A stretch of 64,000 nt of DNA from Octopus sinensis (lineage: Eukaryota), in NCBI RefSeq assembly GCF_006345805.1, contig NC_042997.1, positions 87,358,001-87,422,000 on the forward strand. Reading direction: 5' to 3'. A model generated the notes under the pieces. The model saw only the letters and a list, made by a program, of their open reading frames with translations. It searched no databases and was not told where the DNA came from. This document shows, in pieces, positions 1 to 12,455 of the stretch. Position numbers and translations under genes: made by a program. The first letter of the stretch is position 1; every line of letters starts with the position of its first letter.

Positions 1-148
1 TGAAGGTGGTTTTATTAAACAACATTATAGAAAAGAAGGTTTATTTTTATCCTCATAGCATTCTTTGATAAATTAAATTATTATCTGTTACTATATATTT
101 GTTTTTTTTATAAATATAAATCTGTCCTCAAATATCTTACGCACCCTG
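1..148. mobile_element. End of a separate Tc1/mariner-like element (terminus ...GCACCCTG|TA)
   Basis: Sequence ends in a CAGGGTG-type TIR (reverse complement) followed by TA, abutting the next element. Confidence 0.5.
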
Positions 149-156
149 TATATATA

Positions 157-1296
157 CAGGGTCTGGACAAAATAATGGAAACACCTAGAATCATAATTTT
201 GAAATATCTATAAAACTGTCAAAAGCTTGTTTATTTTTATGTTTTTTGATTTATTATTAGTGTTGCTTAATATGTTTTGCTAAAATTGCTGTTTCTTTTC
301 AGATATCATCAGAAAAAGGTAATTAAAATTCATTAAAATGACATATCTATCAGACTTTCAAAGAGGTCAGATTGAGATTGCTCGTATGGCAGGTGCTAAC
401 ATAACGAAAACAGCTGAAATGTTTGGTGTATCAAGAAGTACTGTCTCGAAAGCAATGACAGCCTTTGAGAAAAGGGGAAAAAACCTCCTTGTCGAATCAA
501 AACTTTCAGATAGGGACTACCAGACTCTTACATGAATTGTTAGAAAGGATCACAAAAGTACAGCTCCCAAAATTACTGCAGAGCTTAATGACCACCTCAA
601 GAACCCATTTTCCACAGAAACTGTTCTTCAGGAGCTGCACAAGGCTGGATTTCAGAGGAGGGCTGCAATCAGAAAACCACTACTTTCAAAAACAAATGTT
701 GCAAAGTGTTTAGAGTAGAGTAAAAACCTACAGAATTGGTCCCTAGAGCAGTGAAAGAATGTTATTTTCTTGGACGAGTCATCCTTAACCTTTTTTCCAA
801 CCACTGGTCGAGAGTACATGTGGATACAGCCAAAAGAAGCATTTGACCCAGACTGCCTTCTTCCAACTGTTAAACATGGAGGAGGATCTGTAATGATCGG
901 GGAGGGGGGGGGCTAAAGTTACATAACTATATAAATCTTAGAAATCCACTGGCCTAATGGTTTCCCTACATGACAGAATTAACAGTCAAGACTATTTAAA
1001 CATTTTATCTGATCAAATTCATCCTATGGTTGCGGAACTGTTTCCAGAGGCAAACACAATCTTTCAGGATTCACACAGTTAAAGTTGTTACTGAATAGCA
1101 TGAGGAACATTCTAGTGAAGTTGAACATCTTATCTGGCCACCACAGTCCCCAGATCTCAATATTATTGAACATTTAAGGTGCATTTTAGAAAAACAAGTA
1201 AGGAGTCGATATCCTCCACCATCATCACTACAAGAACTGGAGACTGTTTTAGCTGAAGAATGGAGAAAAATTCCTTTGGAAACAATTCAAACTTTG
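157..1296 (+). mobile_element. Tc1-family DNA transposon, degenerate, 3' truncated
   Basis: Left TIR TA|CAGGGTCTGGACAAAATAATGGAAACACC at 157. Frameshifted transposase from ATG 338: paired-like HTH (LSDFQRGQI..), NVIFLDES, LPTVKHGGGSVMI, IFQD, WPPQSPDLNIIEHL, then EEWRKIPLETIQTL where it stops abruptly. No right TIR. Confidence 0.92.
338..1296 (+). pseudogene. Tc1 DD34E transposase pseudogene
   Basis: DDE-motif blocks are recognisable across frames, interrupted by stops and frameshifts. Confidence 0.88.
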
Positions 1297-1439
1297 CTTA
1301 TGGGGAGAAAAATATTGAAAAATATCAATAGATGTGTGAGTGAGAAAGAAACGAGGAGGGAGGTTATGGGATGTACTAGAAACAACAGCCAGATCTTTAA
1401 ATCACACATTTTCCTCTGAAATTATTAACAATTTATTTT

Positions 1440-2122
1440 TAAACCAAAAATGTTTCTCTCACGTGTTTTAAGTGCATAGGGGGGGGGGAGGCCCAAATCG
1501 TTTCGAACCGGAGTGGGAAAAAAAATTTTGCCAAAAATTTTTTTTTTTTTTTCGTGAAAAGATGCCTCCAATCATTCTGAAGATTTTGGTGAAAAACATT
1601 GGAAAAAATCCCCGTCAAAAGGGAGAAATTCAAACTTATATGGGCCGTCTGTTCTGAAACTCCGTTTCCTAGAAACTCATACCCCCACCTCCTTCCAAAA
1701 AGTTTACCCACAAATTTATTTGTAATCCTAATCTACATCGTTTGAAAGGTATTTGTATAAAAATTTATTACGAAATACCGGTTTTCCAGAAAGTTATGAG
1801 TGTGGAAATGTCGGGTCCTGTGAATTTTCCGAAACTCCTCTCCCCAACTCCTCATAAATTTTTTCCAACAAATCATTACATATACTCAGTCTACAAGGTA
1901 TACGCGATTATTTGTTGAAAGTTTCGTTAAAAAATATCCATTTTTCTGGGAGTTATGAGGCAACAAAACTGGTGGGGTATTAAACTGTAGTTATGCCTTT
2001 TTTCAATAAAAGTTTACGCTAACGCATTGACGTTCCGTTACATTTTCAAAGAAATAACGGATTAACGAAGTTAGTAAACAGATGAACGAAGTTAACTTTT
2101 CGATTAACGGTGCCTACCTCTG
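1440..2122. mobile_element. Composite of non-autonomous DNA-transposon fragments ending in a hAT-like terminus
   Basis: 1560-1650 resembles the MITE at 23310-23520. The block ends with TAACG subterminal repeats and ...GGTGCCTACCTCTG (CAG terminus on the minus strand). Confidence 0.45.
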
Positions 2123-2360
2123 TGTGAGTGTGTATATATATGAATATATATATAAACATATATATTATATATATAAATACACACACACATATATATATAT
2201 AAATATCTATCTATCTATATATATATATATATATTATATATATATATATAAAATATATATATATATATATATAAATATATATATATATAAATATATATAT
2301 AAATATATATAAATATATAAATATATATATAAATATATATAAATATATATAAATATATAA

Positions 2361-2393
<33 letters not shown>

Positions 2394-2468
2394 AATATAT
2401 ATATAAATATATATAAATATATAAATATATATATAAATATATATATATAAATATATATAAATATATAA

Positions 2469-2499
<31 letters not shown>

Positions 2500-2575
2500 A
2501 TATATAATATATATATATATAAATATATATATATAAATATATATATAAATATATATATATATAAATATCTATCTA

Positions 2576-2609
<34 letters not shown>

Positions 2610-2804
2610 AATATACATATATATATATACATATATATACATAAATATACATATATATATATATATATATACATAAATATATATATATATATACAAATAT
2701 ATATATACATACATATATATACATATATATATTATACATATATGTATGATGATGATGATGATGATATATACATAATATATATATACATATATATACATAC
2801 ATAC

Positions 2805-2861
<57 letters not shown>

Positions 2862-2885
2862 CATGTATATATATATATATATATA
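2123..2885. repeat. Long compound (TA)n/(TAAA)/(TACA) microsatellite
   Basis: Seen directly; it is the source of the YIYIY ORFs. Confidence 0.97.
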
Positions 2886-3057
2886 AAACATTATTGGTGA
2901 ATTTCAATTTAATTTCAATTATCCGCACCAACGCACGGTTGCAACGCCAGATGGTTGTACCTCCAACCGTGCTGTTCACTGCTGTGATTTTTGCTACTAA
3001 GGTATCGGTTAAACTTTTGATTAATCTACTACAAGATTATTCATCTTTCTATTTCAC

Positions 3058-3093
<36 letters not shown>

Positions 3094-3234
3094 GTTCAGA
3101 GTGATCAGGGAAGAGCTAGAAAGATAAAAAATAGTGATGATATGAGGCGAGCAGAAGAGAGTGGAGTTGAAGTATATATGGAGGTGTTTAATTAAACATT
3201 ACTAGTAACAATAATAAACTATAATTTATTGGCT

Positions 3235-3443
3235 TCAAATTTTTGGCAGAAGGCCAGCAAGTCCAGAAGGGGTTGGTCAATTACATTGACTCCAGTGCTC
3301 AACTGGTACTTATTTTATCAGCCCCAAAAGGATGAAAGATGAATTCGATCTCAGCAGAATTTGAACTCAGAATGTAAAGATGGACAAAATGCTGCTTAGC
3401 GTTTTGCTCAGCATGCTAATGATTCTGACAGCTTGCCACCTTT
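3235..3443 (-). mobile_element. tRNA-derived SINE (family with GCCTTTCATCC...GATAAAATAAGTACCAG core)
   Basis: Same family at about 11673-11865, 19415-19620, 19805-19938, 31185-31400, 33816-34030, 42345-42550, 46085-46295 and 52313-52530. A/B-box-like head GGCGGCGAGCTGGCAGAA...GAGTTCAAATTCC. Confidence 0.85.
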
Positions 3444-3454
3444 AAGTGGCTAGC

Positions 3455-3529
3455 GGGCTTCTATTGGGGATTGAACCCGGTATCTCTGAAACTCCAGTTA
3501 AGTGCTTTGTACCATTAAGCTAAGCAACC
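3455..3529 (-). pseudogene. tRNA-like sequence (pseudo-tRNA or SINE head)
   Basis: GGTTGCT-TAGCTTAATGGTACAAAGC-A-CTTAACTGGAGTTTCAG-AGATA-CCGGGTTCAATCCC...AGAAGCC. D-stem and A/B boxes are present, but the anticodon and T stems are mismatched. Confidence 0.55.
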
Positions 3530-4375
3530 TATGGTACAATGAACTATTATATATATATTATTAACTGTTTTTCACTGCAATAGAATTTGAAACTGATATT
3601 ATCTTACTTGGAAGCAAGTGAAGATTAGTGGCAGGAAGGGCATCTGGCCATAGAAAATCCACCTCAACAAATTCCGTCTGACCCATGAAAGAAAGGAAAA
3701 GTGAACATCGAAATGATGACGATGAAAACAATGATATTTGAATAGAAATTATACAAGTAGATATTCTCTTAATGATAACCATTTATATTATATTAGGCAT
3801 CTGCTGAAATGATGCTATATACAGTTTGTTAACTAATTCACTGTTTACTTAAAATGTTTCATTTAAAATTTTTTTTCCTTGCATAGATAAGATATGAACA
3901 ACTTTTTTCAAGAAGTAGACTGCATGAAACAAGGCACATCATTGGCAGACCACATTACAAAATGATAAAAGGTATATATTTTTTTTTGTTAGGCATGCCA
4001 TTCAGAAAATCTTGCAAATCACAAGTTGCCTTTGACTGGCATAGATAATGCACAATCACATGAAGGACAATGTCCTCGTATCGTAGCCCTCTTTTTCTCA
4101 ACTTCATGGTTAATAAAGAAATTGACTGGCATAGATAATAAAAGTCACAGACATTTTGCACATTAGAGGAATGAGTTACATACTCTTAAAGAAATATCTA
4201 CCACATTTAGTGACATAGCTAGTGGGGGTGAGGGATGATAGGGGCAGTCTGCCTTGGATGATATTTTTAAGTGGGTAGCACTTTGGGTTTGTTGTATAAA
4301 CCTGGAGGTGGGAGTGGGATAGGGGGAGACATGGATTCCACACACCCTAACTATGCCACTGACTATAGTGTACAG

Positions 4376-4589
4376 CAGTGGTTCCCATCCAGTTTTTGCT
4401 CATGGACCCCTTTGATTCCTATTTTACTCAGGGGGTAGGGCCCTCACAGCCATTTGGTGTCTATAAAAAAAAAATGTTTAAATAGTTGGTGTATTGCAGA
4501 AATATAACCAGTTTATTGCACATAAATTTTAACAATGAAATCTTATATGGACCCCCAGGAGCCATATGGACCGTGGTTGGGAACCACTG
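4376..4589. mobile_element. hAT-like MITE (CAGTGGTTCCCA...TGGGAACCACTG)
   Basis: TIRs with imperfect 8-bp TSD gtgtacag/gtatagag. Relatives at 12184-12455 and 48222-48554. Confidence 0.8.
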
Positions 4590-4843
4590 GTATAGAGATA
4601 AAAGGAGTGTATTTATGTTAAATGGTATACTCCAAGCTCTACCCAGTTTGTGCAACAAGTATTAGTTAAAACAACTAATTTTACCAAATCTGATAAGGCA
4701 TATGAAATGGTTAGTTGAACTGTTCTACTGTTAGGAGTTTGCTATTCCTTGTTACATGTTTGAATCCTACTAGAATCAGCTTTGCCTTCTACCCCTTTGG
4801 TATTAATAAAACAAGTAGCAGGCAAGTGATTTGATCTGGGACC

Positions 4844-5012
4844 TACTGCAATGCGGAAGACACGTTAGCCATTCGAATCACACAAAGACTGTTGACAGGG
4901 TCACAGTTTCAATTGATGAAAATTTTGAAACCATATAACAAACACTAAATGTTTAAGGGAAGTTAACAGTCTTTATATGTTTTTGAATGGCTAATGTGTC
5001 TTTCAAACTGCA
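4844..5012. mobile_element. Small MITE-like inverted-repeat element
   Basis: gaagacacgttagccattcgaa pairs imperfectly with ttgaatggctaatgtgtctttc. Confidence 0.55.
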
Positions 5013-8000
5013 AAGCAAGTTTCATATAAGTATAGGCTTGGGCTTGTGGTAAGAAGTTTGCTTCTCACCCACATTGTGTCAGATTTCCCACTGCATGGTA
5101 CCTTGGGCAAGTGTCTTCCACTGTAGCACTGTGCTACCCTAGGCTTTGAGTGGATGTGAAAGATGGAAACTGAAAGAAGCCCATCATGTATGTGTGTGTG
5201 TGTATACTCAAGAAACCAATATTCCTCTGTTAGTCAATACTCATGTCATTTTGGGTCGAGTTGGCCCTGACTGAGCAGACAAATGATCAAAGGCATTCCA
5301 ACCTTGACCATCTTGTCTTTTTAAGGGTACATCTTGGGCTATATTAGAGAAGTGGTATTTTCCTTCATAGGAGAGAAGAAGGTTATGGAGGGTGAGGTGC
5401 AAAAATGTAAAAAACTGAAACTTTTATTCTTTTAGACAAAAATCTTTTTCAAAATTATAGTTTCCCTAAGAAACACAGGAATACCAATAAATAAATAGAT
5501 AAAAAATAAAAGCATGGAGCCTCTAATTTGAAATTTTGTCACATTATTCAAAGTTTCCTCAACAGGGTGTGACTGGAGAAAAACTTAGCTGTTATTTCTA
5601 GCAGGCTGTGTGACTGCATTGAATACTGGGTTTGTAACTCTCATCACTTTATACTGTTGAACATTAACAACGAATCTTGATAGTTTTTATCTTAAAATGT
5701 ATGTCCCATCCAATAATTAGTGAACCGTTTTCTGTTCTTTAATACTTCAATCATAACTTGGTTAAAGAAATAAGAAACATTACGATGTAATTTGAGTATC
5801 AATAATGAATTAAAGTGGATGATGTCTTATATTTTGAAAACAAATTTGTTAAAAGCTATTGCATAAATAATTTCAATGTCAATCTTTATCAAGGTCAACA
5901 GTTGCTATTAATTGAAAAAACAATAAATGAGAGAGGGAGGAAGAATGAGAGAAAGAGAGAGAGAGGGGGATGGCGATAGCGAGTGGGCATTGTGTGGCCG
6001 AATGTGAACTTCATGTCCAGTAACATCCAAACGGATTTTAGACGTTTTTGGTATCTCTTCAACTCCTGGCGAGCTATGGAAACTACTTAAACTAAGGAAA
6101 TGCGATAAAAATGACAGCCGACTTCATAAATTCTGATGTACTAGACGTTAGACAAGGGGTGGGTGGAGTGAAATTTAAGTTACGGTTTCGATTCTTAAGC
6201 TAAGCCAAAATTCATCTTCTCTCTTTCTCTCTGTATACATACATACATATAAATATATATATATCGTGTCCTAAAATGCACCACGTACAGCCCTTCGGGG
6301 TGCCCTTGCATTAAACCGTAAAGTATGGAGTTTAAAATATTGGATATTAGAATAAGGGTGATTAGTGAAAGACGGAAAAGAGAGGATAGTGTTTCCAAAA
6401 TAAAAATTCATGTATGTCTTTGTATGTCTGTGTCCCAGAGATATGCACAACAAACAACCATTGTTCTCAGATAAAGTTTAGCTCCGCTGTGGACCCCGTT
6501 CTCACTAAAACCTACAGATATAGAGAATGAAGATTCTATTTTCTAGAAATGGCAGCTAAACCATAATTTGATACTGATGCCCTGTAACACCCTACAGTCA
6601 TAACAAAGGGAACATCGGAGAGTGTTATCCAAGATATACAAAGGAAGATAAAAATTGTGATAGTCATGGCTGGAATAGCTTTGCTCGATCAGAGCTGATT
6701 TGAAGCTAACGAACAACAAGATACAAGCGAAGCATTGAAGGTAGCCTCTGCGTAGTCGTTGGATAGACTGGAAATAGCAGCCAAATTCCTACAAAATCAC
6801 GATTTGCTGTTTTAGAAAAGAAGGTCATATTGGATAAAGTAGCTCTGGATGTACTAAACCCTTCCATGAAGGAAGATTGGATCAAAACAAACAATAACAC
6901 AAGAACATGCAACAGTTTCAGTGCAACATGTCTAGACTGTATCACTGCACACCATATCATAAACTGCTGCATGTTAGAGCGTACAGTACGGTAAATTTAA
7001 AACGATAGAACAGAGGATTGCATCTAACCGTTCGAATGACTATCTATGTGTCATAGGAATACGCTCAGTTTAGACAATTCGAGATAAACGTCTTTTCTAT
7101 TTTAATTCTGTTAGACATTTAAGATGCATTTTGGGAATCTATATAGCGTCGTACTAGACGAGGTGTTCAGTTATGCAACTTCACAAAAACAATCTTGATT
7201 AAATACTAAATAAAAAGGAATATAATCCAGAAAAGGGTGTCTCCATATTACAATATTTAAAGAACGAAAGTATTCAATAAGGAAAATAAATATGATAGGA
7301 CAATAGTGTAATCTATTACAGCAAACTCGATACTAGATAATTCCAAGACTAAAGATGTTTCAATTTTTCGTCGACAAATTCTCCTACGGCTACAAAACTT
7401 CGGTGGTGTTTAATTTGGAGAATATAGGTGTAAGGTTAGTTATTCAAAGGTAAATATGTATGAGTTTAATGAAATATTAGTAGCAACAATAAACGATGTA
7501 TGTATGTATGTATGTACGTACGTGTATGTGTGTGTGTATGTGTGTGTATGTGTGTGTGTGTATGTGTGTATATGAAACCGATTCTCCTGTGAGAAAACAA
7601 TTATGTTCTCTTATCTAAACAACTCCCTTGAAAAAAGTAAATACTTTAGTTTGGTGCGACTTACCAGGACGATTGAAACGGTAAAAGACGAAATGGAATT
7701 AAAGAGATCCAGCAGCGAAAATAATCTGGTTTCACACAATAGTGAAAGTGTAAAAAAAGTGCAGAAATCAGTAGTTTTGGTCATTACTTGTTAGTAATGA
7801 GACACAGGATAGGTAGAGGTAGAAATAAATAGACATCTTATTTTCTTCATTGGTACATACGAAAAAAAAAAGATAAATAAGATGACGAAAAAGTTGTTAA
7901 ATCAAGAAAATCTATTGACAGTCATGGTGAGTGAACAATACCCTGCAATATACATTTGGAGCATAGCCAACACTTGTAATACTGCAGTAACTTAAAAAGT

Positions 8001-8886
8001 TAAATCTCAGCGATGACAATTACATGCACCTTTCTTGAGAAAGCTGGCATAACTGATTTTAGAAAAAAAAGGAGTTATCTGCTCTTGGTTAAGTTTCTGA
8101 ACCTCAGCCGCCTTTCGGAAAGGTAACAGTTGTAGAGATAAAGTTCTAAGAGAACTTTCAGATTTCTCTTGATTTAAATCTAAACCAATCATTTTATATT
8201 CGCAAAGAATTTTTTTCTTGTTTTCTTTCTTTTTTTTTTTTATAGTTTCAGAAGTCATTTCAGCGTTGGCCAAATACATTAACCAAATGAACTTCCTCCA
8301 TCCTCATCATCAGAAACGCCATCTGCGATAAAAATAATCTTTAAGTTAAATTAATAACTGGAAATGGTTATATGGACATTATTTTCATCTTCTATTCGGA
8401 AAGTAGGGGTAACAACTCTGGGTACTTTTTGATAGTCAGACCTTATGCTGATGCAGAACATAGTGCCTTTACCATAATTGTCAAAGGAGTGATGATAGAA
8501 TCACAAAGTAAAAGTACAAAGTTGTACATCAGTTAGCATTAGAAAATAGAATTCTTGAATGATTAAATAATTTAAAGATGGCATCCACATGGAAGTTATC
8601 TCCTGTATTTGTTGAAGAATAAAAATAACTGTAGTGATTGATTAATATTGTTATTGTTCTCATTGCATAATTATTTCTAGTTAGATTTTTATTGCTCCCT
8701 GCATTAAATGTTTTGACACCAACTTAAAAATCTTTGTTTTTCTTATCATTTGTATAAAAAATGGTTGAGTTGATGAGGCTGGCCAGAGAAGAATTAGAAA
8801 GAATACGTACATACATACATGCATGCATATATATATATATATATATATATAGATGAGAAAGTTGGTTTGTGAAAGCACGTGGTTGA

Positions 8887-9125
8887 ATATATAGAAAATA
8901 GTAAAAAGTGAAAAAACTATAGAAGGCTTGTTTTAAAAGGTTAAAAAATATATATTTGAGTTAATATGTCTGAAGAATGTTATCAATTTTTTTTTACAGT
9001 GTAAGAACACTCTTAAAGGAAAAAATTGATAACATTCTTCAGACATATTGACTCAAATATATATTTTTTAACCTTTTAAAACAAGCCTTCTGTAGTTTTT
9101 TCACTTTTTACTATTTTCTATATAT
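8887..9125. repeat. Near-perfect inverted repeat, 106-bp arms, 27-bp spacer
   Basis: 8887-8992 is the reverse complement of 9020-9125, with only two mismatches (8920/9092, 8962/9050). Confidence 0.95.
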
Positions 9126-9399
9126 ATATATATACATGATTGTATATATACATGCATGTATACATACATGCATACAACATACATACATACACACACACAT
9201 ACATACATACACATATACATACACACACATACAAACATACATACATACATACATCACTTGGCTCTATCATTAAGGTACATTTGCCATGCTTGTGCAATGG
9301 TCAAATTTTCTTTGGCACTGTGCATCACCAATCAACATGTTCTTTTGGTCTTTTATCATTTCCTTAATGAGATCAGTTTTCACTACCTTGTTTCAAGTC

Positions 9400-9665
9400 T
9401 TCTCAGATCTCACACACTCCATTAAACTTTAAGTACTTGATACTTCCTCATGTAGCTGTCCACTACTTCTGGTTCTCTATGTACCAAGTTTTCTTCCAGC
9501 TCATTTGTACTCTTTTATACATGCACATCACACATCCAGCAAAGCTTGCCTGCTTAATTTCTTTCTAGTCTTTGTAAGTCTTCAGCATTCAAGCTTCCCA
9601 TCTCATTACCACACAGTATTTTAGTTCATACACAGCCATCATACAGTCTGCCCTTCACTCTGATA
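9400..9665 (-). mobile_element. RTE-clade LINE fragment (post-RT region)
   Basis: Minus strand reads RVKGRLYDGCV*TKILCGNE...LQRLERN*A...CWMCDV, typical of the RTE ORF C-terminal region. Confidence 0.7.
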
Positions 9666-12183
9666 CTCTGTAAAGTAGTCTGGGGATCCAAGTGTCAAAG
9701 AACCCAATACAAGTCTGCTGTCTTGCTGTCTATAAATAAATACTAGAAGCACCAGTGCATTGCTTTGCCCATGGGCCTATAGTGCCTATGAGCAAAGATG
9801 ATCCTGTTGCAAAGGAGAAGACCTTTGTTGCCAGCAGAGGTAACAGCACCCTGTTTTTTTTTTATTGTAGACAGTGGATCAGAGAGGGGGAAGGGAATAG
9901 TTTCATATGAGTGTGAGGAGAATAACAGATAGTTAGAGATGGTGGTAGGGGTGAATGTAGTGAGTGGTGAACAAAGATAGATAAAGCACTGCATGTCAAA
10001 GTTCAATTAGATATTCTTTTTTTTTTCAATCTCTTGCTTTTATCTCTTAGGCAAACAAGCAAGATGTTCAGTACTTTTCTCAGCAGATTCAAAATTGTGA
10101 TTTGTTAGTCAAGTAGTTGAACTGTAACCCACTGAACCACTGCAGCTCACTATAAAAGTCTTTTTTTTTCCTTTAAGAGTGTTCTAACATGAAATCTATT
10201 CTTAAGTGATTTAATGACATTTAACTAAATTGATAAACTATAGATTAAATGTTAATCAAATTTAATTCTGTTGATATGGCTGTTCCATCAGTTTCCATGA
10301 TGAGCATTCAGTAGTTCAGATCTGAATGCTCATCTGACTTGTTAAATTAATGAGTAATTGGCTGAGTTTCCCACAGATGTTTGCTCTTCACATAACACTC
10401 AGACTAAATCAACATGACACAATGTAACATGGTTGAACTTTTGAATTAGAGACACAATCCTACTGACAGGTTTCCAGATAGTTTACATCTGCCTGATTTC
10501 ACTGACAGGATGACGGGGCTGATTTGAGGCTATGGTAAAAGACATTTGTTTAAGATGGCATACATGAATGAAAGAATGTTCAATGCTGATAAATATTTTG
10601 CAATTAGTTTACAAAAATGAACATGTCTGAAAGCTAAATATTGGTACATAATATTTCTGAGAAAGGCTGAAAAAAAAAACAAGCTGAAATAACAACTGGA
10701 ATCCTATTTTGTTAGACTTGTAAAAATAAAAGAAAGCCTAATATACTCATTCAATTCCAAAGAAAATTACTTGAATTTGCTATTTGTGACATTTAGTGAC
10801 AAAAAACCATGTCTACCAATAGACATTATTTAGTTTCTTTATTTGACAAAGGAACATAAAACTACCAAGAAAATTGGTGACAATAACTTGGGAAATGAAG
10901 CATTAAAGACTAACTTAGACTTTCAACCATTCAACCCTGCTTTGATGTAATTAGCAGTGGCAGCTTGCCATTAACTGTAATGAAGAAAATTGAAGCAAGA
11001 TATTTTCTAAGAGCTATACCAACATTAAACAAGAGTAATTTATTTGCTTGATACATTTATTTATTTTTTAAAAACATTCTGATTAGAAACAGATTCTTTC
11101 TGGAATAAAATGGAAAAAACATTCTGTAGATCCATGACAGATTTGTTGGAATGTAGACATTTTTTTTGCTATGTTTTATATAATTTTTCCATGCTGGTGG
11201 TGTAGAAGTGACATCCATTTGTAAATTTGAATTGTTGTGTCCTTTTTATCTCTATTAGCTCAGTCTTCATCAGGAGTGAGTCAAAATGTCTTAATCGTCT
11301 GCATGCTGGATTTGGCCTTACAAGAGACACCAAAGTGAAATGGTAAAATAATGTTGAATCCCTTTTCTGTGACTGTGGATTAACCTTATCAATGAGTCAC
11401 CCGCTGTTTCATCCATCATTAAGTTCCCCTTTACGATGAGATGGTTTGAGAAATAACACAAAAAACATGCACAAAACTACATAAAAGAGTGGAAAGATTT
11501 TATATGGAGTTAAGATAATAAATTCTCTATAGGAAGAGTAAGAAATATATCTATTAAGCCAAAGCAAATGATACTCCTAATGATTCTAGTTGAAAACTGC
11601 AACAATAACTGTAACAATGTTTGAACATGTCACAGTTTACTTATATTTTAATGTTATTTATAGGTTAGAGAAAAGGCAGTAAGCTGGCAGAATCAGTAAC
11701 ACATAAGACAAAATACTTTGTGACATTTCTTCCAGTTCTTTGTGTTCTAATTTCAAATCCAACCAAAGTCAACTTTACCATTCATGTTTTCACTGTCGAT
11801 AAATAAAGTACCAGTCAAGTACTGGAGTTCATGTAAGCTACTTGCCCTTCCCCTCAAAAATTGTTAGCTTGAACTCTGTAACAGATGAGCATCCCATTCA
11901 AGGGAATGTTGTAATATCAGTCACATATACACGAAGGAAACTGAGTAACGAGCCTTATAAGTCCTCGGCATCAAGAAAAATTTTTTTTTTAAAGTTGGAG
12001 ATTTTTTCAGTGTATTACACTAACTATTGGAGTATGTCTTTTACTAAAAGATACCATCCTTATTTCTGATACCTCAGCCTCAAGATTTTTGTATTAAGTG
12101 CCATAAAACAAGTTATACCATTCCTAGTATATTTTCAATCACCACTTGTTAATCTTCATCTGAAATAATTTCCTTTCATTAGC

Positions 12184-12455
12184 CAGTGGTCCTCAACCAG
12201 GGTCCATATATTGGATTTTTGGGGGTCCTTGCAAGCAAAACAATAAGCTGGATACACACAGTAGTATATTACAATTTTCGATTTAGATGTGTTTATTGGG
12301 AAAAACAGCTAGGTTTCTTTCTCAAATATTTTACATAGTTCAATCTACAAAATTTTGAAACTAGTTTTTAAACATTGAGAGGCTATGGAGGTTCACCAGA
12401 GTAAAATAGTCATCAAAGGGGTCCATAGATAAAAAAAAATGGTTGAGAACCACTG
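12184..12455. mobile_element. hAT-like MITE
   Basis: TIRs CAGTGGTCCTCAACC...GGTTGAGAACCACTG. Confidence 0.75.

Noticed and set aside
2082-3079. YIYIY/HTHT-rich ORFs here and at 9140, 16859-17800, 28573-28990, 37097-37511 and 47509-48982
   Set aside because: Translations of (TA)n/(CA)n microsatellites.
3455-3529. Functional tRNA-Ser(GGA)
   Set aside because: No long variable arm and mismatched anticodon and T stems; treated as pseudo-tRNA or SINE head.
8360-8625. Protein-looking frame KVVHQLALENRILE*LNNLKMASTW read with TGA recoding
   Set aside because: Multiple TAA/TAG stops upstream in the same frame, no homology recognised and no SECIS seen.
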